Below the pieces are notes generated by a model, which had not been told where the DNA came from, searched no databases, and saw only the letters and a list, made by a program, of their open reading frames with translations. 64,000 bases of DNA from Waterburya sp. (GTDB taxonomy: Bacteria; Cyanobacteriota; Cyanobacteriia; Cyanobacteriales; Xenococcaceae): positions 1,696,001 to 1,760,000 of the forward strand of contig CBDCJV010000002.1 of the NCBI GenBank assembly GCA_965217895.1, written 5' to 3'. Position numbers and translations under genes: made by a program. Below, in pieces: positions 40,277 to 49,871 of this stretch; position 1 is the stretch's first letter; each line of letters opens with the position of its first letter.

Positions 40277-40318
40277 TACTATTCAATAAAATAATTTTGC
40301 CCACCCTATAAAACTGTT

Positions 40319-40819
40319 TTAATTGTCAACCTCCGTTGCTAATACCAAAGGCATTATTTCTGTAGCAGGAGAAAAGCTAATATTGTTAGTAATGCGATCG
40401 CGAATCAATTGAGCAATCATCTGGTTGAGACGATACATCTCTGGACAAGGATTATAGCGATATTTCACATCGACAATACGTTGTTTTTTGCGTGTAATGA
40501 CAGAAGAATTTTTCTTTTTTTCCTCTACTTGTTTACTGCGGTTACGCAGAAAAATATCGGGTTTTTCACTACTGTTTTTCACATCGGGTAAAGTTTCTAA
40601 TGCGGGATTTTGCCAATAGCCCCTGTAGTTTTCACTTTTAGGATTCTTGTATAGCTTAAAGCTGTCTATAGTCGGAATATATAAAGCATAAAATTCTCCT
40701 TCTTTAACTACATGAAAACATCCCCAGTCTTTTTCTTGTCGATTGAGTAAGATATCAAGAGTCAGTCCCAAAGACGGGAGATTATCAAGGTTAGTAGGAT
40801 AATTGTGATGGCTGTTCAT
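40319..40819 (-). CDS. Hypothetical protein
   Basis: 166-aa ORF with normal composition; no recognised motif. Confidence 0.65.
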   Translation of the reverse strand: MNSHHNYPTNLDNLPSLGLTLDILLNRQEKDWGCFHVVKEGEFYALYIPTIDSFKLYKNPKSENYRGYWQNPALETLPDVKNSSEKPDIFLRNRSKQVEEKKKNSSVITRKKQRIVDVKYRYNPCPEMYRLNQMIAQLIRDRITNNISFSPATEIMPLVLATEVDN

Positions 40820-40938
40820 AAACTTCAGAAATAAACTTCAAAATGTTTGTAGTATTGCCAATCAAACCAAGATATGGTCAATTGATTAAAGGCATAGTTT
40901 TATAAATTTTTTACAGGTATTAGCAAAACACTATAATC

Positions 40939-41463
40939 ATGGAGCTAAAGAAATTTCTAGATTTAAGTGAGGGAAGATGGTTTAGTCAGCGTACTAATTA
41001 TCTCTTAGGTGGGGACAAAGCAGACAACAGTAAAGCAGATATCACTATTGAAACCATCTCTGCTGATGATTTGCGAGCCGTTGAGCTATGTCAGAAACAT
41101 CATTTTGACCCTAATCTCATTATTGGTGGTACAGTGCAAAGCTGGGATAATTCTGTAGACTGGGGCAAAGACAAGCAGGTAGGCTCGGCAACTATAGTTT
41201 TGGTTAGTAACCCTGGTAGCGATCGCACTGGCAAAATAATTCGTCCTCAGGATGCTAAAGTATGCGGTCATTACGTTTTAGGCGCAGATGAAGCTTTAAC
41301 CTTGACCATTGAAAATGATCAAATGTACGCTGAAGAGCGTCAATGGTTTGCCAGCGATAACTTTAAAATGCGTACCACAGTTGTCAAATACCATGATGGC
41401 AGAAAACAAACCTCTTTCTATTCAGAAATTCGCAAAGCAGCACCCAAAGACAATGAGCAATGA
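40939..41463 (+). CDS. CpcS/CpcU (CpeS-family) phycobiliprotein lyase
   Basis: FLDLSEGRWFSQRT, EERQWFASDNFKMRT and SFYSEIRK. Confidence 0.88.
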   Translation: MELKKFLDLSEGRWFSQRTNYLLGGDKADNSKADITIETISADDLRAVELCQKHHFDPNLIIGGTVQSWDNSVDWGKDKQVGSATIVLVSNPGSDRTGKIIRPQDAKVCGHYVLGADEALTLTIENDQMYAEERQWFASDNFKMRTTVVKYHDGRKQTSFYSEIRKAAPKDNEQ

Positions 41464-41477
41464 GCATCGAACAAATT

Positions 41478-41537
41478 GTAGGGTGGACATTTTAAGTTGA
41501 CTACAATAAGAATCGCTTATTTAACTAATGCCCACCA
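41478..41537. repeat. GTAG-type REP doublet
   Basis: GTAGGGTGGACA ... TGCCCACCA between convergent genes. Confidence 0.65.
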
Positions 41538-41550
41538 ATCAGTAATTACA

Positions 41551-42198
41551 TTATCTTCTAGAATGTAGCTGGCGGTAGACATCACGGATATCGACGTTAT
41601 GATAAGCCAGAGCAACCAGGGTATGATAGAGTAAATCTGCTACTTCAGAGGCGATCGCCTTACTGTCATTATCTTTACAAGCCATGACTACTTCGGCTGA
41701 CTCTTCGCCAATTTTCTTGAGAATCTTATTATCTCCTCCTGCAAGCAAACTACAGGTATAAGAAGTCTCGCTGGGATGAGCTTGGCGATCGCGAATGACT
41801 CGGTATACTTCTGATAAGGTATCGGCTGGAGGAGCTTTTTTATTTTTGCTTTCGCCTACTTGATGGAAACAGCTTCGCTCTCCCGTATGGCAAGCAATAT
41901 CGCCTACCTGCTCAATAATAACGAGTAAAGCATCACTATCACAGTCATAACGTAATGACTGAACCTTTTGAATATGCCCCGAAGTTGCCCCTTTATGCCA
42001 CAATTCCTGACGCGATCGACTCCAATACCAGGCTTCTTTTGTTTCAAGGGTTTTTTGTAATGACTCCTTGTTCATCCACGCCAACATTAAAACCGTACCG
42101 TCAAGATAATCTTGAGCGATCGCAGGTACTAATCCCTGCTCGTTGTAGCGAATTTCATCCAGAGGAATATTGCAATTATTGATTGTGCTTGAGGACAT
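41551..42198 (-). CDS. hisIE: Phosphoribosyl-AMP cyclohydrolase / phosphoribosyl-ATP pyrophosphatase
   Basis: [34 protein letters not shown] and [10 protein letters not shown]. Confidence 0.96.
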   Translation of the reverse strand: MSSSTINNCNIPLDEIRYNEQGLVPAIAQDYLDGTVLMLAWMNKESLQKTLETKEAWYWSRSRQELWHKGATSGHIQKVQSLRYDCDSDALLVIIEQVGDIACHTGERSCFHQVGESKNKKAPPADTLSEVYRVIRDRQAHPSETSYTCSLLAGGDNKILKKIGEESAEVVMACKDNDSKAIASEVADLLYHTLVALAYHNVDIRDVYRQLHSRR

Positions 42199-42208
42199 TA
42201 TTTATATT

Positions 42209-42424
42209 GTGCAAATTTATATTAGCTCAATTACTAAATTTGAACTTGAATACGGGTTACTCAAAAAGCCTAACTTAAGAAAACCGTTTGGAGGGCAAGT
42301 TGAAGACTTTTATATTGGCGCGATCGCACTACATCATAATTTTACCGTAGTCACAAGTAACATCAGGCATTTTGAGAAAATTCAAGGATTAGAGATTGTA
42401 AGTTGGAGAGTAGGCAATAGGTAA
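42209..42424 (+). pseudogene. Internally deleted VapC/PIN toxin remnant
   Basis: IYISSITKFELEYG fused to DFYIGAIALHHNFTVVTSNIRHFEKIQGLEIVSW. The N-terminal LLDT motif and the middle helices are missing. Confidence 0.7.
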
Positions 42425-42529
42425 GTAGGTAGCCCTAGATTACTCTCCGCCTCACAAAGGTAGATTTTACATTCAATGGTTTTGACTGGCGAGGAGACGA
42501 GAAGCTTTGTTTAGTCAATTTAACGTCTA

Positions 42530-42790
42530 CTAGATTGAGTCTGGCATAATTTGTATCAATTCTCTTAAATTTAATAAAGCAGCTTCTAAAGATTCATCTC
42601 TCATTCTTTCATAACATTCAAGTAAAATTTCAGTTTTTCTCCAATCTTGCTCTGTTCTATTCTGGTTAATATTGATGTCCCAAATAATATCAGTTAACTC
42701 TCTAGCTCGTACCATTTGTTCTAGATTGTCAACAGCTTCAACAATCAACGAATATAATTGTTCTTTATCAGAATAATTTGACTTTGACAT
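42530..42790 (-). CDS. Hypothetical helical protein
   Basis: 86-aa ORF with an ATG start and amphipathic composition. Confidence 0.6.
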   Translation of the reverse strand: MSKSNYSDKEQLYSLIVEAVDNLEQMVRARELTDIIWDININQNRTEQDWRKTEILLECYERMRDESLEAALLNLRELIQIMPDSI

Positions 42791-43474
42791 AGTATTTTTT
42801 TTTCATGTTGGCGTATTTAATGTCAATTTTTTTAGCTACTTCAGGCAAATATTTATGGCAGTAATCTGTGACCTTTGGTCAAACCATTAACGAAAGGTAG
42901 GTTCACAGTTATGTTCCTCATCTTATTTGTCATCGGCAAAACTATTTGTGAAGTTGTAGTTAACGTTTTGTTTATTTTTTACAGCCTCCCCAATTGAAAT
43001 ATTGAGCAAGTCTGTCAACGAATTCATATATAAATATCTTCTCCTCTGTGGAGAAAATAAATTATTAATTCCTAAATCTCTTTCAAACAGCATATTTAGC
43101 GTGTTCTGCAGTTTATAGCTAGTTGAAGCTCAACTAGCTATATTGTCTCCTTCATAAACCCTTTATATAAACTTCATAAGAACTTTATAACCGCAAATGG
43201 GCAAAATGCCTAGTGAAAATACTTAAATTGCCGATTTTAAAATTAAGGTATTGAGGCAAAATGTCTGTATAACTACTTAAAGAGAGTATTTGACATTTTC
43301 AACTAAGCAAAAATTAATTCTTATCCTGCAGAACGAGGCTCTAGGCTCAAGTTTATGAACAAATTTGCGATCGCTAGTATTAGTGAGGCGGTATATGGGC
43401 ATTATTGGTGCTGCGATCGCTTCTACAGGCAGTAGTCATCTAAAGATTGTCACGCAAAAAAGCACAAATTCTAA

Positions 43475-43891
43475 ATGGATTCAGTATTTACCAAAATTAT
43501 CAAGGGTGAGTCCCCACCAGCTTTTCCGATTTGGGAAGACGAGCATTTCATTGCTATTCTTGTTCCTGAACCGATTAATCCTGGTCATACATTGCTTATA
43601 CCCAAAGAACAGATAGATTACATTTTTGATTTGCCAGAAGAACTTTATAATTCTATGTGGCAAATGGTCAAGTGGTTATCTTTGTATATTCAGCAGGCGA
43701 TGAAGTCTAAACGCATTGGTATTGCTGTAGAGGGTTTTGGTGTTCCTCATGTTCATATTCATCTTGTACCTGTAAATTCGGGCAATGAACTAAATCCTGA
43801 ACGAGCTAGTTTAGTTACTTCAGATGAATTAACAATAGTTCAAAACAAGATTCGTAAGCTAATTGATAATTGTGGCGTTGCTGAATTGTAA
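43475..43891 (+). CDS. HIT-family nucleotide hydrolase
   Basis: SVFTKIIKGE, PINPGHTLLIPK and VPHVHIHLVP triad. Confidence 0.92.
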   Translation: MDSVFTKIIKGESPPAFPIWEDEHFIAILVPEPINPGHTLLIPKEQIDYIFDLPEELYNSMWQMVKWLSLYIQQAMKSKRIGIAVEGFGVPHVHIHLVPVNSGNELNPERASLVTSDELTIVQNKIRKLIDNCGVAEL

Positions 43892-43954
43892 TGCTATTGA
43901 GCGATTTTTTATCTCTTTCACAAGAAGCTTGAAGATTGCAAGCTTCTTTTTTAA

Positions 43955-45781
43955 TCAGAGAAAATTATAGTCTAGAGAAAAATAAATCCCATCTTCCTGT
44001 AGAGAATTGCCTTTAGTCTTGACATTGACTAAAGGAATACCCCAGTCTAAACGGGCATTAAAATTAGTGCCAGTAGAAAAGTTCAAGCCAACTCCTATAG
44101 AAGGTAAAGCCGAATTGCTAACCTCAAGATCGTCGCTGTTCCAAACCGTGCCAAAGTCAAAGAAAGGGGCAATTTGAACTATACCATCAATCTTTTTAAA
44201 ATGTAATATAGGTATTCTTAACTCTGCCGAGGTAAATATACCATTGTCTCCTAAAATCAAGTCTTGGCGATAGCCTCTGGCACTATTGACACCACCTACC
44301 CTAAACTGTTCAAAAGGTACTAAAGCACCTCCTGATAACTGAATATCTCCTCGCAGCAGAAAGAGAAAATTTTCACCAAGTTTTCTTACCCATTGGCTTT
44401 GTCCACGCCAAGCAAAAAAGGTACTGTCGGGTTCGCCATCATCATTAATTGTGGCATTAAGAGCATCTACGCCAAAGCTAAATTGCGATCGCAACGCTAA
44501 AACTTTTTGGTCATTGCGATTAACATATTCTTGAAATAATCTAATTGCACTAATTTTTGTTTCCCCATCTTTATCGGCACCACGAGATAGCTGGAAATCT
44601 TTATTCTGTAATGAAATCTCACTTTCAGTACGAGAAAGACTCAAGCCAACGGCAAATTCTTGGTTAGGTTTAAGTATTAAAGGCTGGCGCAAATTTAACT
44701 CGTAATAACGGGATTTTGACTGAATATCTAAGACATTGAAAGGTTCTTCAATAACGTCATTAGAGTTGATCCCAAATTCTGCCTTAATCGTACCGTTTTT
44801 GGAATTTATAGGTAGGGCATAAGCCAGATCAAAACTATTGCTACCGCTAGTATTGGTGTAATTAAAGTCGAAGCGATCGCCAAATCCTAACAAATTACCG
44901 TGGTTCAAACCTACCGAACGTTGGTTTGAGCCGACGCTAGGAGATCTATTATTATTAAAACTAGTGGAAATATTAAATACGTCTGCTTCAGTAATCTTAA
45001 TATCTAGCAAGCTTGTTCCTGGACGAATTCCTGCCGATAGTTCGGCTGAAACATTTTTGATTAAAGGATCGAGACGGAGTAGCTGTAAAGCAGACAAAAG
45101 AGACTCCACATTAACTGGCGTACCAGCAGCAGCTTCAATTCGAGAAGAAATATATTTGTCCGACAGATGTTTTGTACCAGAAACGTTAATTCCTTCCAAT
45201 TTTCCTTCTAAAACGGCAATTTTCACCGTGCCATTATTTAGTTCTTGAGGCGGAATATAAGCACCTGAATTGACGTACCCTTTGTCAGTATAAAGCTTTG
45301 TAATTGTACTGCGGGCTTGAAATAGCTCTGGCAGAGTTAAAGGGCGATCGCAATAAGATTTAATCGCTTTATTTAGCTCTTGTTGACTAAATACACTACT
45401 GCCAACTACCTGAAATTTCTTGACGACAATTTGTTTTGGAACATTAGATTTTTTAGCAGTAAATGATTCTTGATTGTTAAGCTTAGGTGATGTCTGGGCT
45501 TGAGATAGCAAAGAGGATAAATCACCAGCAGTTTTTTGAGGATCGCTTTCTAATGCCTTGGTTGTCTGCTCTTGCTTTAGTAAGGAAACTGTCAGAAGTT
45601 CTGAACTATCTTTTGTGACTCTTGGAGTTGAAGTGAGTTCAACTGCATTTGCCGATCGCAATCCTGTCAAGGTTGCTATCGAAGTTATGAGAAAAACTGA
45701 TAAACAAGAAGTAAATAGACCTGTATTCCTGGGATTAACTAGACTTAATCTTAAATGCCTCAAGGTATCTGGAGTAAACAT
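43955..45781 (-). CDS. ShlB/FhaC/HecB (TpsB, Omp85 superfamily) outer-membrane transporter
   Basis: POTRA segment ITKLYTDKGYVNSGA, SARGYRQD, beta-barrel and terminal GIYFSLDYNFL. Confidence 0.9.
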   Translation of the reverse strand: MFTPDTLRHLRLSLVNPRNTGLFTSCLSVFLITSIATLTGLRSANAVELTSTPRVTKDSSELLTVSLLKQEQTTKALESDPQKTAGDLSSLLSQAQTSPKLNNQESFTAKKSNVPKQIVVKKFQVVGSSVFSQQELNKAIKSYCDRPLTLPELFQARSTITKLYTDKGYVNSGAYIPPQELNNGTVKIAVLEGKLEGINVSGTKHLSDKYISSRIEAAAGTPVNVESLLSALQLLRLDPLIKNVSAELSAGIRPGTSLLDIKITEADVFNISTSFNNNRSPSVGSNQRSVGLNHGNLLGFGDRFDFNYTNTSGSNSFDLAYALPINSKNGTIKAEFGINSNDVIEEPFNVLDIQSKSRYYELNLRQPLILKPNQEFAVGLSLSRTESEISLQNKDFQLSRGADKDGETKISAIRLFQEYVNRNDQKVLALRSQFSFGVDALNATINDDGEPDSTFFAWRGQSQWVRKLGENFLFLLRGDIQLSGGALVPFEQFRVGGVNSARGYRQDLILGDNGIFTSAELRIPILHFKKIDGIVQIAPFFDFGTVWNSDDLEVSNSALPSIGVGLNFSTGTNFNARLDWGIPLVNVKTKGNSLQEDGIYFSLDYNFL

Positions 45782-45907
45782 ATTTATAGGTATGTTTTAG
45801 GAGAGCCGTTGCCCTAACATTCCCCAAAATACGTAGCAAATAACTTCAAAGAGCAAAAAAATTGTAAAATACACGGAGGAGCGAGTAAAGGTTATGGTTG
45901 CAAATAC

Positions 45908-47015
45908 TTACTGTTTAATCTGATAGCGCATTCCTGGTAGCTGAGAAATGAGATCCATTATTTCTAATTGAGACAAAATTGCCAAAATTTTACTGGTATT
46001 TAATTCTGTTTGTTCAGCGATCGCATCTAACGATATTGATTCATGAGTGAGCAAACTATAAATTTTTTCTAGTTCTGGTTCTAAATTGGGTATTGATTTA
46101 GGGATAGACGAGATACGATCTAAACAGGGCATTGTCCCCAGCATTTCTAGTAGGTGTTCGATGCTCAAAATGACGTGCGCCCCAGAATTAAGCAAACCTA
46201 AGCAGCCTAAAGATTGGCTATTATCTAAAGAGCCAGGTAATACATATACATCACGACCAAAATCATTGGCAAAGCGAGCCGTAATTAATGCTCCTGAACG
46301 TTCAGGAGCTTCGATGATGATTTACAGCCCGACATAAACCAGCAATGATGCGATTGCGTGCAGGAAAATGGTTGCGATCTGGCTTAGTTTGGGCTGGGTA
46401 TTCACTAACGATTAAGCCTTGAGTTTTTAAACGTTGATACAAAGAGCGATTACTGTAAGGATAAATTGTATCAACTCCTGTACCTAAGACAGCGATAGTT
46501 CTGCCGTTAGCTTCTAAGCAACTATGATGAGCTACTGCGTCAATCCCTGCTGCCATACCTGAAACAATACCAACACCATGATTTACCAAAGCTTGAGTAA
46601 TTTTATTAGTCCAGCGTTTACCGTATTCAGTCGGATTACGAGTGCCGACAATAGCGATCATTGGCTTAATGCCTTGATTTTCGGTAGAATCAACTACACC
46701 TAAGTAATATAGTAATGGTGGCGGACTAGGGGTTTCTAAAAGCAGTCTGGGATATGCTGCTTCTGCTGGAATCCAAAACTGAGGATTTTGCTTCTTATGT
46801 TCAGATATAAGTTCTACTGAATCAAATTTTGCTCGTCCCTGGTTTAAAGCATTAAAAAACTGACCACTCAAGCCGTCAATCTCGCCAAAAGCGATCGCTG
46901 GGGCGTGCCAAGCTTCTTTGAGAGAACCAAAATGCTGATAAACCTTTTTTAAAGAAACCGCCCCAATCCCCTTAATTTGTGACCACGCCAACCAGTAAGC
47001 TTGTTCTTGTTCCAT
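45908..47015 (-). pseudogene. dprA: DNA-processing protein DprA, frameshifted
   Basis: AIVGTR, VSGMAAGID and FPARNRIIAGL. One extra A at about 46321-46323; removing it restores AVIIIEAPERSGALITARFANDFGRDVY through to the C-terminal winged helix. Confidence 0.85.
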
Positions 47016-47252
47016 AAAGTTTTAAAGTTTACTGATGCGATCGCTTTAGCAATTATTAACCAACGGTCACAAATTATTATTAATCGCCTTTTTTTGATTG
47101 TCAATTTATCAGTCAGGTTTTTGACAGCATCCTGACTGACAAAACTAGGCATTGTTGAATAATGAATAAGGATAAAAGCAAGTAATCTTTAGAGCTAAAA
47201 GCTAAAGGCTAAAAGCGAATAGCTTTTTTTGGTAATGATCGATTCAATTGAG

Positions 47253-47783
47253 CTAAAAGTCGCTTTTCTCTATATAACCACGAACGTCATTAAGGTCTAT
47301 ATAGCGGTCTGTAGCATTGCGTAGTTCTCTAGCGATCATGCCTTCCGTTGAGACTACGGTAATGTGAGTATTTTTTGAGCGCAAAAGTTCGATCGCCCGT
47401 TCAAAATCTCCGTCACCACTAAACAAAATGACGCGATCGTATTGCTCTACGGTGTTAAACATATCCACCACAATCTCAATATCCAGATTGGCTTTTTGAG
47501 AATAACGACCAGAAGCATCATCATAATATTCCTTGAGAATTTTAGTTCTGACCGTATAGCCCAAACTAATTAAGGCATCTCTAAAGCCACGTTGATCCTG
47601 GGCATCTTTTAGCCCCGTGTACCAAAAGGCGTTAATTAAAACCACAGTCGGATCTTTAGTGAAGTATTCTAATACTCTTCTAGGATCGAAAAACCAGCCA
47701 TTTTTCTGTTGAGCATAGAACATATTGTTGCCGTCTACAAATATGGATAGACGGTCTCTCAAGTACTTATTATGAGATTCCAT
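47253..47783 (-). CDS. NYN-domain (LabA/DUF88 family) protein
   Basis: IFVDGNNMFY, QKANLDIEIVVDM and LFSGDGDF. Confidence 0.92.
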   Translation of the reverse strand: MESHNKYLRDRLSIFVDGNNMFYAQQKNGWFFDPRRVLEYFTKDPTVVLINAFWYTGLKDAQDQRGFRDALISLGYTVRTKILKEYYDDASGRYSQKANLDIEIVVDMFNTVEQYDRVILFSGDGDFERAIELLRSKNTHITVVSTEGMIARELRNATDRYIDLNDVRGYIEKSDF

Positions 47784-48225
47784 ATAATTTACCTATAAAA
47801 ACTTAAATATATTTAATGGCTAAAATTGGCAGCGCAACCAACAGCCATAACATTAAATTACGCCATAACAATTAAATGAATAAACCAGTAGCAATAACTA
47901 CGACCAAATATTATTAAATAGAAATTGGGCAATAAGCATCAATTTCTACAGGGTAATACCCGAATAAAATTTAATTTAGGTATATTTCACACACATACCA
48001 GTTTAAAACAAAAAAAACCTGGATAACAACTTAATTTGCTCGCGCAAGATTTTTTTACATACGCCGATTGTAATCTAGCTAACAAAGAGTAAATTTCTTG
48101 GCAAGCAATTGAGATAAATTTATTAAATCTGATAAGAAAAAGTAGTGTTAACGTTCTACTCAATAGCGATCGCCTAATTATCAATAAATTAAAAAAAGAT
48201 GTATTTTTCAGAATGATAGTGATAG

Positions 48226-49623
48226 TTATATAGTGCAGGCGATCGCTTCTGTATCTTCTTCAAAACAAACATAATCTAGACAGTGAGGATTCTCTCTTAA
48301 TAATTTTGCTAATAGCCATCCTGCAACAGTCCAAGTTTGAAATTTGCGGGAAGATTTACCAATTAAACGACCATTTTTGCCATCATAATATTCGGGCCAT
48401 TCATCATTCATCAGGCGAATTTCTGCGATCGCCATGGCTCGCTCTGCGAGATCTTCCCGACCCATTTTTTGACAGGCAGCCATCATCATCCACAACAATA
48501 CAGGCCAGCTACCGCCATTGTGATAAGACCAAGGAGTATTTTTGGGATCGCAGCCAGTAACGATTTTCCAAGTTAGCCCTTCCATGGCAGGATAACAGAG
48601 TTTCAAGGGCATTTTACTCACTAAATCAGACCAGCGATGCTCAATTAAAGTTAATATTTCTTGGGATTGATGTTCGGTGGTCAGCGATCCCATAATTGCT
48701 GCCAAGTTGCCCAGAGCAAAAAAGCGAAAATCCATTTTTCCTGGTCCCAAATTTCCTGCTAAGTAGCCTCCTCGGTCGGGCATCCATTCTGTCAACCAGT
48801 AAGGAATTGATTCAGGGTAGATATTAAATTTATTAACTACCGACTCACCAAACTGCTCGGCGCGATAACGGTGGATTTGATTTAGTTTTTTAAGATCGAG
48901 CCAATAATAATCTCGCAGATGAAAATTCAAGCTGCCTAGACGATTATTAATACTGTCAGCTAAAGCCCGACCTGCTGCGTTTTTAACCAGCATTTCACGG
49001 GCAGCCCGCAAAGCCATATAAAATAGAGACTGTATTTCTAAAGGATGTCCACTTAGTCCCATCGGGCGATCAATCATACACGCACCATCAGGGACAAGCA
49101 GAGTAGGTGTCATTTCAAATTGAGGGCCCAGGCAAATTTCTAGAATAAAGGTCAAAGCTTCCTGAAAACTGCTGCTGTGTGCTAAAGCTTCGTCTTTTGT
49201 TGCTTTGACATAAGCCCGCAATAAAATAATCCACCACAAACAAGAATCGATAGGCGTAACTCGACCAATTGCCTTATCGCCAAAGTCGGCATGAAGGTAT
49301 TGACTATTTCTCTGAGATTCGACTTTAAAGCTAGCTGGCATCAAGCCTGTGGGTGGCTGATAACAGTCAACTCGCCTCTTTTGCTTTTGCAAACCGACAG
49401 TTTCAATCAGAAAGTTATAAACAATCTCTGTTTTGCCCTGAATTAGAAATACCAAGGCTGCGGGGATAAAATCGCGAATAAAACACTGGTCGTAATTTAG
49501 TGCTTCTCTTTCAGAGTCTGTAGCTGCTACTACTCCCACAGGCTGCTGATTATAATAAATAATCGATTCTTCTAAAAGCCGATTTGCCTGCTGTTCGATG
49601 CTTTCCTTTGCTATCAATACCAT
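48226..49623 (-). CDS. Alkaline/neutral invertase (GH100)
   Basis: LNYDQCFIRDF, GLMPASFKV, DSCLWWIILLRAY, WSYHNGGSWP and WPEYYDG. Confidence 0.95.
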   Translation of the reverse strand: MVLIAKESIEQQANRLLEESIIYYNQQPVGVVAATDSEREALNYDQCFIRDFIPAALVFLIQGKTEIVYNFLIETVGLQKQKRRVDCYQPPTGLMPASFKVESQRNSQYLHADFGDKAIGRVTPIDSCLWWIILLRAYVKATKDEALAHSSSFQEALTFILEICLGPQFEMTPTLLVPDGACMIDRPMGLSGHPLEIQSLFYMALRAAREMLVKNAAGRALADSINNRLGSLNFHLRDYYWLDLKKLNQIHRYRAEQFGESVVNKFNIYPESIPYWLTEWMPDRGGYLAGNLGPGKMDFRFFALGNLAAIMGSLTTEHQSQEILTLIEHRWSDLVSKMPLKLCYPAMEGLTWKIVTGCDPKNTPWSYHNGGSWPVLLWMMMAACQKMGREDLAERAMAIAEIRLMNDEWPEYYDGKNGRLIGKSSRKFQTWTVAGWLLAKLLRENPHCLDYVCFEEDTEAIACTI

Positions 49624-49871
49624 GAAAAATTAACTTTTAAAACAAAAATAAAAATTAAGGTGAATATTTAATCTAGATATATGAATAAGACTAATTTACT
49701 ATGTAATCGTATCTTGATATTTGTTTCTTTTGAGTTCAAACCTTACTAAACTCTTAAGTAAGTCTAGTTTTGCCAGTAAAACTGTTACAAAAAACAATCT
49801 TTAAAACTAAAATAAAGATTATAATGAGCAGTTTGGAATTTATCGCCCAGTCTTTAGGAGTTTGTTACACA

